In this document: positions 50,662-60,900 of the stretch, piece after piece | Numbering within the stretch: position 1 is the first letter of the stretch | How the letters are laid out: the number at the start of each line of letters is the position of its first letter | NCBI GenBank assembly: GCA_965637545.1 | Contig: OZ281498.1 | Span: 3,100,001-3,164,000 of the forward strand | Source: Phallusia mammillata | Lineage: Eukaryota | Direction of reading: 5' to 3' | DNA length: 64,000 bases | Made by a program: the position numbers and the translations under genes | Notes under the pieces: model-generated | Databases searched by the model: none | Told to the model about the DNA's origin: nothing | The model's input: the letters and a program-made list of their open reading frames with translations, nothing else

Positions 50662-51568
50662 CTTTAAGACCTTCGCCTTGGACCGTATGACACGAACGTA
50701 GAACTTATTTGGTTTTGTTTATCGATTCTAAACTGAGCAATATTCCAACAGCAGAAATACGTTTGAGAATTCAACGTTGAGTAAATCCGATAGTACAATA
50801 GGATAGCAATACAGAATGAAAGGGACTAAGAATGTTTTTAAGTACCCTTGCTAGCGCACTGTAGAATGCCAGACTATTGTCCACGTAGGGGGATGTAACT
50901 GGGCAACCGCAAATAGAGTAGGACCCTTGTTGGACACAGTAAGAAAGCGTCAGAACTTATTACATGATTACATGAGGGCTATTGAGTTTACCAAACTAGA
51001 ACACTAATACCAATTTGTTACACTGTTGTATATGTAAAGAAACCGATAAAAATGCAGCCTGTATTACTTTATGTGATCGCCGCCCAAACATTTTTAGATT
51101 TCCAACCATGTACTGAAGAATACGCTAGAGAACGGCCACAGGCCGTTTCAAAAACTAACTAATTATAACGCGTGACAGCCACGATTCTTATGGAGTTTGA
51201 TAAGACCGTGTATATAATGAGTAGAATTAAGGTTTAAAAACCCACAAACCGTTTCGCACCGGACTGGATACCTTTGCCCAAACCGAAACAAAATCAGAAC
51301 CAGAAAGTATTTTTTTAATATTACATTTTTTTTAAAACCTGAACTGAACCCAAACCCCAAAATCAACACATAATGAACCCAAACCGCACCTAAAGACCTG
51401 CTTTAAGTACTAGTAAACATTTTAAATAAACTTTACCTTTTGGTCATGGGATTTATTTTTACTCCACTCTTCCTCGCGTTAAAAACGCGCGGTGCTAAGC
51501 ATTTACTGGATCTCGTTTGGTGAAGCGAACAGTTTTTTTCGCAAAAGTTCAACAAATAGACAACAATC

Positions 51569-52958
51569 ATGACTGTAAGTTAAGAGTTCTAATTTATTGT
51601 CATTAAAGTAGCTTTTTTAGGGTTGCATTGTATTCGTATAAAAGGACGAACTGTTAGTAAATGGAGCTGAACACTTTTAGGTTTCCATTTTGGTTAAAGG
51701 GTTAAAATATCAACAACAACTTACCAATGCAACCCAGATATAAAAAGCTTCAATACGTTTTTATTTGCTGTTAGCAAAAATGCATGTCTTTAGGGCCATT
51801 CTAGCCCTGTCACTTCAAATTCGATGTATTGCATGGTAATCCAAATTTGTGATTCTCCGGTTTTTACTATTAACAACTATTAATACCGGTAACAATTTTA
51901 CTAAGTACTAAAGCACAAACTCTATTACATTACGACTTATTAAATCGTTTTACCCTTAAAGATTATTAAAACATGTTTTTGGTGTTTGCCTACTTTCAGA
52001 CCTTGCCTATGAACCCAAAGCCATTTCTAAATGCTCTTACTGGAAAGCCTGTTCTAGTAAAACTGAAATGGGGAATGGAGTATAAAGGTTACCTTGTGTC
52101 AGTTGATGGCTACATGAACATGCAGTTGGCCAACACCGAAGAGTATATTGAAGGGGCTTTATCTGGCCATCTTGGTGAAGTATTAATCAGGTCACAAAAT
52201 GTTATTTCTTTTGTAAAATTATGGTCTCTTCGAAGCGGTATTTGGGAGATCAGGTTTTATAGCCTTGTCTTGAGTCACACAAGCTACTAAACTTTTTTTT
52301 TACCTCTAAACTTGGGATTTAAAAAAATTCCAACTTATTTGTTTCTTGAAGTAGATTCAAAACCCCAAAATATTATAATTTATTGTGATAATATTGGCTA
52401 GTGTTTTTCAGCCAATCACTGTACTGCAAAAATCAATGCTGTTAAAGGATGTTTGCAGAAAACAATGTTAGGTAAAACTCCAACCCCAACTAGTCAGATA
52501 AAACACAACTGACCATTTAAGTACAGAGATGGATTAATTTCTCAGTTATTTGTCTTTTTGGGTTTCGTACTATTGCCATACACAGGTAAAGGTACTTGTA
52601 TTTTGGTTAGTAATATAAATTGCCGCAACATGACATAAACTTGTGTCAGGAACACAATTACAAACTAAGCTATTTGTAAGCTGTGATTTGTTTGACACTA
52701 CAAAAGATCATTTTGTATCAATAAAATGTGATGACATGTCTGCTTGTTAAAAATGTTTAGTGCTTTGTGGGCCTCCAGGTATGACTGGAAAATACTTTGG
52801 GCTACAATAATGGAACTTTAATGACCATGGATTTAGGTGTTATATGATTAACCAACACAAGGATAACTTTTATACATATGTTATTATGCAGATGCAACAA
52901 TGTCTTATACATCAAGGGTGTGGAAGAGGAAGACGAGGATGGTGAAATGAAAGAATAA
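51569..52958 (+). CDS. SNRPF: Small nuclear ribonucleoprotein F (SmF), 3 exons, 87 aa
   Basis: Exons 51569-51574 (ATGACT|gtaagt), 52000-52190, 52892-52958: [51 protein letters not shown]...[27 protein letters not shown]. Confidence 0.96.
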
Positions 52959-53131
52959 TTTTGTGCCAATTCATTTCAACCATTATTTTCTGCTGTTTGT
53001 TAGCTATATCTTATGTATACAACATAATGAGTAGCTGATGTGGAATTGAAGGCTGAAATTGTTTGTGCATTACGTGTTACTTTGTCAATACATCTTTTTC
53101 TACAATTTCTGCAAGTTCCTATGGTTCAGAC

Positions 53132-53422
53132 CATGAAAGCCACAATAGAAAAAAGTAGATGTTTTAAAATTTGCTATTTTTGAAAGTTTGCAATGCAGCA
53201 TATTTAAACACTATTATTATTCAACCCAATCAATCTATTACACAGGACAATTACGTACAAAGGCAATCATGTCTAATAAGTCAGAACCAGCAAGTTGCAG
53301 CTATTCCTATTCTTGTTGCTTGCTGTTATCCAGCATTATTTTTTATTCGTTTTTTTGTGGCTCCTTACACACTTGAAAAACTACCTTTTGGCCATGACAA
53401 CAAAAAAGGTTGAGAACCACTG
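53132..53422. mobile_element. hAT MITE of the 46909 family with damaged left end
   Basis: Right end GGCTCCTTACACACTTGAAAAA...GGTTGAGAACCACTG matches 47060-47125; GTTCAGAC (53124-53131) / GTTCAGAA may be the TSD. Confidence 0.6.
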
Positions 53423-54012
53423 GTTCAGAAAAACAAAACTGGGCCAACTTAAAATGAATATTACATTATAATGCTTCATAAAATATCCAGCAGCATGATA
53501 GGCTTGAATCTAAACATTACTGTTAAAAATCCACACGCCCGCAACACTAAAGTAATAGTGGTTTATTGAAAACACATTTGCAAATCACATCAACATGCAA
53601 GGGTCGAGAGAAAGGAATGCCCATAAAATTCTACCAAACCGATTTACCTGAAACATAAAAATCAATGTGTATGGTTTTGTATTCAGTTTGAACCACATTA
53701 ACTCAGAACATTGCAGAGACCACTGTGGAAATGTGATAGCATTTTGGGAACCTTTAATTTGGAATGTTGTATGGTGCAACAGGATTTGTATAGAATTACT
53801 TTTTAACTTTTCATGGAACTTTTCATACTTTTTAACTTTTCATGGAACAAATAAAATGAAGTTATAGGAGCTAAAACAATCAATTTTTAAATTATTGGCC
53901 GCACAGGTAAAAAGTATACTGTGACATTAACTTTTGATAGTGTAGGTATGGTATGACAAACATTTTTTATGAGAGTATCTTGAAAAAGTAGAAAACCATT
54001 GATAAAGACCAT

Positions 54013-54083
54013 ATGCATCAGAAAAAGCCGCAAAATTATCGTCACAATAATCAGACGGTAATTCCACATTATCATCATATGAC
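54013..54083 (-). ncRNA. SNORD65: Box C/D snoRNA, SNORD65/snR77-like, copy 1 (divergent flanks)
   Basis: C 54078-54072, D 54021-54018; both guides conserved although the flanks no longer match the 228-bp unit. Confidence 0.85.
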
Positions 54084-54250
54084 CTGGAATAAGACATACT
54101 AAAAACAAGAATAAATTAATTGGTATCCCACCTGAGCCACTTGGCCATTTGTAGAAAAGAAAACAACATGTTCTGGCAGCATCTACAAATGCAAAATACC
54201 TTGTATTAAAACACAGGAAACATTTTTTAAAGTAGTATATCACATGACAT

Positions 54251-54322
54251 CAACTTTAGAGCAAAGTCGCAGGATTTCTGTCACAAATTTCAGACGGTAA
54301 TTCCATAATTTCATCATAAAAC
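54251..54322 (-). ncRNA. Box C/D snoRNA copy 2, degenerate D box (possible pseudogene)
   Basis: C box, D' guide and D' intact; C' GTGACAG; D box reads CTAA (54259-54256); second guide diverged. Confidence 0.65.
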
Positions 54323-54463
54323 ACTATTAACAATAAAATGTAAACACACCTTTTGCTAAGCATCAAGAGGCATCTTGTTTCTCGTTGTTTGCTCTGTCAA
54401 ACAAAGATGTTTTTTTTATTAATTCATAGAGAAATGTTAAACTGCAAACATGAATATTAGCAC

Positions 54464-54534
54464 AAGAATCAGATAAAGCCGCAAAATTATCGTCACTGGT
54501 TTCAGACGGTAATTCCATTTTTTCATCATTTGGC
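54464..54534 (-). ncRNA. SNORD65: Box C/D snoRNA, SNORD65/snR77-like, copy 3
   Basis: C 54529-54523, D 54472-54469; boxes and guide intact. Confidence 0.88.
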
Positions 54535-54690
54535 TCATTGTAAAAAAACAACTGCTGTCAGAGATGTGTTCACTTACCACAAGTTCCAGCTTTTCCATAT
54601 TCATGTCAGGTCCATTTGTCTGTTCTGCTGAACAAAAATATCTCTGTTTATCTTTTTTTACTTGAAAACTACAAATTTAAAGATTAGCAC

Positions 54691-54761
54691 AAGAATCAGA
54701 TAAAGCCGCAAAATTATCGTCACTAGTTTCAGACGGTAATTCCATTTTATCATCATTTGGT
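54691..54761 (-). ncRNA. SNORD65: Box C/D snoRNA, SNORD65/snR77-like, copy 4
   Basis: C 54756-54750, D 54699-54696; boxes and guide intact. Confidence 0.88.
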
Positions 54762-54920
54762 TCAAACTAAAAAAAAACTGCCACAAAAGTTGATATAACT
54801 TACCACAAATTTCAGCCCTCCGCAATATTCATGTCAGGTTCATTCGTTTGTTCTGTCAAACAAAGATATCGCTATTAATTGATTTTTTAACTTTAAAACT
54901 ATGAATTTGAAGACTAGAAC

Positions 54921-54991
54921 AAGAATCAGATAAAGCCGCAAAATTATCAGCACTGGTTTCAGACGGTAATTCCAATTTATCATCATTTGGT
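54921..54991 (-). ncRNA. SNORD65: Box C/D snoRNA, SNORD65/snR77-like, copy 5
   Basis: C 54986-54980, D 54929-54926, same D' guide; C' is a variant (GTGCTGA). Confidence 0.82.
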
Positions 54992-55148
54992 TCAAAGAAA
55001 ATAAACTGCCACAAAAGTTGATATAACTTACCACAAATTTCAGCACTCTGCAATATTCATATCAGGTCTATCTATCTGTTCTGTCGAACAAAAATATCGC
55101 TGTTTATCTTCTGTTTTACTTGAAAACTACAAATTTAAAGATTAGCAC

Positions 55149-55219
55149 AAGAATCAGATAAAGCCGCAAAATTATCGTCACTGGTTTCAGACGGTAATTC
55201 CATTTTTTCATCATTTGGC
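55149..55219 (-). ncRNA. SNORD65: Box C/D snoRNA, SNORD65/snR77-like, copy 6
   Basis: All four boxes intact (C 55214-55208, D 55157-55154); 12-nt complement to 18S GCGGUAAUUCCA; 73 nt to the acceptor. Confidence 0.88.
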
Positions 55220-55376
55220 TCATTGTAAAAAACACCTGCTGTCAGAGATGTGTTCACTTACCACAAATTCCAGCTTTTCCATATTCATATCAGGTCCATC
55301 TATCTGTTCTGCTGAACAAAAATATCTCTGTTTATCTTCTCTTTTACTTGAAAACTACAAATTTAAAGATTAGCAC

Positions 55377-55447
55377 AAGAATCAGATAAAGCCGCAAAAT
55401 TATCGTCACTAGTTTCAGACGGTAATTCCATTTTATCATCATTTGTT
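55377..55447 (-). ncRNA. SNORD65: Box C/D snoRNA, SNORD65/snR77-like, copy 7
   Basis: C ATGATGA 55442-55436, guide TGGAATTACCGT + D' CTGA, C' GTGACGA, D CTGA 55385-55382; 70 nt to the 3' splice site. Confidence 0.88.
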
Positions 55448-55747
55448 CAATGTAAAAAACTTGTCAGAGATGTGTTAACTTACCACAGATTCCAGCACTT
55501 GACCATTCATGCAAAGTCCTTCCGACCTGCCCAGAACAAAAAGGTAAAATCTAAACTAGACTTTAAGAACAGCAGATTGTTACTTACCTTAATAACCTCC
55601 TTACAACACAAATACTAAATAAACTGCCTAACATAAAAACAACAACAAATGAAATATTGTAATATAACTTTATTTCCCATCAATATTGATATCTCAAAAC
55701 TGAAAGTCTTTGCATTCAGAATGAGTGTGAACGCTTCTTTTGAGAAT

Positions 55748-56732
55748 TTAGTCCAACTAGAAAAAAAACAAGCATAGTTTAAACAAGTGTGTGAAAAGCA
55801 TTTAAATTATTACAAAAATTGTGGAACTCAAAACACCTTGACAAAGCCAATGTCTTTGGCAAACTCTCTGAAGCATTGGCGAGAGATGTTCAATCCATAC
55901 TTTCTAATGAGGCCGTGACGGTTTCCTGTGATGCGACTAAAACAAATGTGTACAACTTTAATATCAACCAACATACATGATCATTAACACAGCAATCATG
56001 TGGTCACTTGATAAATTAAGTCTCACTGCAGATTTTGTGGCTTTTAAAATGACCTTTGGTTCGATATGAATAAATTCAGACAAGATTCTATAAGTTTACA
56101 GTAAAAAAATAGTGGTTAATAGGTTTTCTCGGCCAAAGAGGGGGTTTGCAAAAACAAACAACAGTTTAACATGACTAACAGTGCCCTATAGTCTATATAT
56201 ACCAAACCACATTTGGACATGGTAGGTCACAAAATTACAACCTACTTATTTTTGGTGGTCGTAACACCACAGGGTGGGCAGTTTTGATGGTTACAAATAA
56301 ATACATGCAAAAATAAAAAGGTGTTTATTGCAGTTTAGGTGAGGGTTTCACAATCAAATTACACATAAACACTCATCACAGATGCGATACACCAGACAGT
56401 GTCATGCAAGTAGTTTTTAGTTTCAATGCTTATTTCTTTCATTAAGCTTCTGGAGAAACAAAGTTAGTTGTTGTAGTTTAAGTTGTGATGATTCTACCTG
56501 TGGTGCGTTTATATCTACATTTATATTATTAGATAAACAATGAAATAAAAGTGCAGCTGTTACAACATGAACTAATCTCTAAATGGCGGATTTGTGCCGG
56601 TCAACACTAAGGAATTCATTCATTTTGTGGCAGATTAATTTGTTGCACACGTAGTACATTAAATACATACCAGAATCGCGATCCGCGGCCGTATTTTCTA
56701 GGGTGAGAATGCCAGATGTTTTGGTGACCCAT
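55748..56732 (-). CDS. RPS29: 40S ribosomal protein S29 (uS14), 3 exons, 56 aa
   Basis: Exons 56732-56671, 55936-55837, 55756-55748: [56 protein letters not shown]; pyrimidine tract CTTCCTTTCTT upstream (TOP-like); AATAAA at 55674-55669. Confidence 0.97.
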
Positions 56733-57902
56733 CGTGCTGGATTTCGAAGCAAGAAAGGAAGCATTGGTGCGAAATGCATTTTGGGTAATTTTATGTCGTT
56801 AGGGGTCGCTAATAAAACACAATTATTTTTACCAGGTATTTCAACACAGGTTGCGGCTTGCGGTGGCTCAGTCTACACCTCGTTTGTTTCATTTTAAAAC
56901 GAAAAATCGCTATACAACATATATTTCAGAGGCATTGCCGATCGAATAAAATTGCGTTGTACGTGCGGCCTCCACCGCCCTAGGACGGTGGGTGGTATAT
57001 TTGTTTATATTTGTGTTTGTTTTAAGTTAGGGCGGCAGTGCACACCAAAAAAGTGATCCACAAAGGTAATAAAATCAACAGAAAAATTAAAAAGGTTATT
57101 GTATTATATATTGTAAAATGTATGAGTATAAAAAATATTCTTAAATAAAGGCTAAAAAGTTTCATAAAAATCTACAGGCCTACATAGCATGCTGTTTTTG
57201 GACCCACACTAGAAAAACTGTTGGCTTACATGTAAGCCGGCTAAACTGTGCAACAAGCCATACCGAGTTTAAGCCACGACCCGTTTCTAGCCGGATTGTT
57301 TCAAGCCATTTTGGTTTCAGTGGCTAAATCCAAGCCGACTTTGTTTTTGTCACTTTAAGCGATCCCAAAACCATTCACCCTAGCTGTCATGTTTTGATTT
57401 TTACGTTGAATCTGTCTATATGCTTGCATATCTTAACTTTGTCACTTCTGTTTGGGCACAACCTAAACCATTACTCTTTATCTTTAGATGGTCCTTGGTT
57501 CTGTACTGGTGACTTCCCAAGCAAATAATACAGACTGATTTCAGTGCACTGAAAGCTGCTTTTGCATAACTATCGAGCTTAAAAGGACGTTTGAATTGAG
57601 CGCACGTGGTTTACGATTTCTGTATGAGCACAGCTTTTAAAATTTGAATTTAGTAAAAGTTGAAAACTGCACACCTTTTTTGATTAGGCCTATTTGCTGA
57701 GATATAGGCACCAACAGGGTAACCCGGAAATATGACCAAACAATAATAACGTTCAGGTGATTTTGGTTTGAACTCGAATAAGGTTGCTGTAAGCGAAAAT
57801 CATCAGACGTTTCTACAAACAGTTTCAACTATAATACTAACTCGAACAATTGTTTGACATCCACCACAATTTATTACAGGCAAAAGCAAAAAAGGTTATG
57901 AT

Positions 57903-60900
57903 TTATACAATATGGGTGTCCAGGAAACTTAGGTAGTTGGCGACTTTTGTGTAAATCCCAAGTACATGAATCGGCTTGCAATCGATGCTGGTACCGAACG
58001 AAACAATCCCGTTGAGAAACCATTTGCTATTGGACACGTCCTTAAACATCAGCGGGCCACCTGAGTCCCCTTTGCATGAGTCTCGGCTTCGAGATCTAGA
58101 AATTCCAAATACAATAATTTTCCGTGATATTCTGATATAAACTGACTGCCCAACTTGTCTGCGCGTCACATTTCTTTGGCATAAACTTACACAAATCCGG
58201 CACATATCATGTTGGTCGTCAATTTCACGTGCGAATATCTGGCGTCATTTTGGGTGGATTGCTTAAACACAACGACACACTGGGTTCGGTTCACGAAGGG
58301 AACTCGTGTCATCATTAACCACATTGAAGGTTCGTCAAGCTCTGTGGAAAATAAACAACAATACAAACTATACAATTACAAGTATTGCATGTCTTACCAT
58401 TTTTTCCCCAGCCGGCAATAACCCCCCTTTCCTGATATCCCTTTATTTTCTTTGCCCCCATTTCTGGCAGTTGTTTTTCTCTTGGTGTCCTCGGCAGGCA
58501 AACCGGGCGTACCTACATATGAAAAGTGTTTAAAATCAATCTTGATATTTTGGCACAATGTACACACATATCTGCCAATAACAGCGCTGGAATTCAGTTT
58601 GATAACAGCGATATCATCGTCCATAAGATTGTCTAACTCAGGATGAAGAAATCCATTGTGTACGGTGACTTCGATAGCGCGAAATACCTAATTTAAAATA
58701 TGTTGACGTGAACCGTAGCATAAACGGACGAAAATTCCCAAAAGGTTAATTTCTACCTGCATGTGTGGATTTGATGAATCGGATCTGTTGGTGACTCCCA
58801 AATAAACATGAAAGTTTCTCTGTCTGTACAAAACACAATTGCGTGCATATATGCTATGTTATAGTTCAGTGGTTTTGAACTAGAGGACTAGGATATTTAT
58901 AACAATACGATTTATTTTAGAGAGAATATTTTTAAGGATAATTTAAAAGGCATACAACGAGCAATTTGGCCTAAAATATATTTTTAGAGAAGATGGAGTT
59001 GGAAATACATTAGTTAGGCTTCAACTTCGTTTTTGAATGGGGCATTTTAGGAAAATCCACTAACACCATAAATCACGTCAGCCGCACAATTAACTAATTT
59101 TCGACAGGTCGCGCAAAGAGCACTATAAACCTATTTGAAAAGATATATATTCAAAAATGCTGACCGTTAGAGCTATTTGGGTTTGGATTAAGTATTATCA
59201 TTAATCATTCAATAAAACGAAATTGAAACGTACATTGTAATGTGTTTTTATAAAAAACTTACTTCCCAACCCTATTCCACTTAAACTGCAAAACTAATAA
59301 TTCAGCTTTTTGCGCCACCAATCGAAAGCTAGCTAAATGTGCAACTGACGTGAGTTATGGTGTAAGTAGCTCTACTGCTTTTTTAACCGTCGTCAGAGTT
59401 TACAAACTATGTTTACCCTTGGGGGACGCAGTGTGCAGCAGTTACGACATACTGCTCGTGAACCAGCGATCCTCCGCAAAACGTTTTGGCTTCAAGACCT
59501 TGGTTAGCTAAAAATGGAAATAGTTGACTTCTTTGCAGAACATATAAAATAAGATAATTTTTCAAACCCAGATCAAGAAAAGCCATCCAAGGCCATTCAT
59601 AATTTCTAGCTTCGCGCCCTCCTATAATTTGCGTTTCTGCAAAAATCTCATCAACACGATTTTTTCTGCCGCAAACTGAAACAAAATGTGGAAATGTAAT
59701 CACTTATGTATTAAACGTACTTTTTCGGTTTTGTAACTTTCCAATAACATAAAAGAATGATAAATTAGGGTTTTATATTCGCAACAGTTGGAATCATCAT
59801 ACAAAATCTTACGTAATTTTCAGTCAAAAGTATGCACTCACAAGCAGTAACTTAAGCAAATAGCCATTGCTAACAGTGTGATCTAAAAATCATTTGCTTT
59901 CGTTTACTTTATTCAACCGCTCACCAGGTTGACATGATGGCAAATTATCGTTGTAAAATATTGAAGAGTTTGTGACTGGTTGCCATGTCTGATCGTCTCC
60001 ACAGCGCCATTCGGATGATCCGGATACCATTTCATACCTGCATAGATAAGTGGAACAGTAAGTAGAGATGACTTGTGAAAGAAAGTTTGAAAAAATATTA
60101 TAGCACAGGTGTAATGTGTTATAATAATTTCCAGAAAACACTTTATTAAATATCCTAAACATATTCAGGCTGATAATGAGTAATCAAGAGATAGTTAAAG
60201 TCACTCTAGGTTACGACAAAGGATAGATAAAGTTGCATGGTAAAAACATCCTTTTTGTAGATTTACTTTAAACATGTAAATACAGGTGCTTTTCAATAAA
60301 AGTAAATTCTGAAACGTTTTCAAGTGACAAACTGTTGTGGTTGGTATAACTATAACACGTGTATTATTAAGAATTGTTTAACAGGTATTTATTCTTTTTG
60401 AAGAGAATTTTAAAACTATTCCATCATGGTCAGATGGTCTGATTCAGGGGTCATCGAGCTTTTTTACCGCGGACCGGATTGTTTGAGGAATGACGCGAAT
60501 AGTTAGGCCACAAAAAGCTTTAACAAGCTTTAACGCAGTGTTTACAAAACTGCCAAGAGCCTATGGTCTTCTACGACTTAATTCAGACAACTGTTAATTT
60601 GCAAATTATACAGAAGTTTTGAGAATCTTCTTTTCCGAAGAATGCTACTTTATTTTATCACAAATTGAGGGACTTATTCGCACACAATTTATGTTTTTTA
60701 GGCTTGTCTGCAATAATAGACATAAAAAAACTGTCTTATGACCATTTCTATGTGTTCATGCAAAACAGGGTAAAATAAATCGTACATGTTGTTGCGGGTG
60801 GGTAATTAATGTGTGATAATGCATTTTAGCAAAAGTTTATAAAGACCGCTACAAAACTTATGTAAATTGTTCTGCCCAAAGGTAACTCTCTGTAGGATGA

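Larger units (their letters stand above)
53560..55627 (-). ncRNA. Spliced non-coding snoRNA host gene (SNHG/GAS5-like) built from tandem exon-intron units
   Basis: Exons of about 40-55 nt bounded by polypyrimidine-AG acceptors and donors (GTAAGT at 55582, 55478, 55256, 55026, 54798, 54573; GTGTGT near 54345; GTGGGA near 54130); no continuous ORF; terminal exon ~53648-53560 with AATAAA; one C/D snoRNA per repeat-unit intron. Confidence 0.8.

Noticed and set aside
49990-51390. Bounded MITEs around the AAACC/GAACC-rich tracts near 50060-50150 and 51240-51390
   Set aside because: Probably transposon-derived, but no convincing TIR pair or TSD could be defined.
54000-55500. Protein-coding tandem repeat (unit near 76 codons; ORFs 54363-54551, 54840-55046, 54856-55053)
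   Set aside because: Stops occur in all frames, unit lengths are 227, 230, 228 and 228, and conservation peaks on C/D boxes and splice sites rather than codons.
55937-56670. snoRNA in RPS29 intron 1 (GTGATGA near 56380) or SNRPF intron 2 (near 52728)
   Set aside because: C-box-like motif without a properly spaced CTGA D box or recognisable rRNA guide; H/ACA RNAs cannot be excluded by eye.
57205-57360. CACTA transposon end (CACTAGAAAAA) with AAGCC repeats
   Set aside because: No matching opposite terminus or TSD found.
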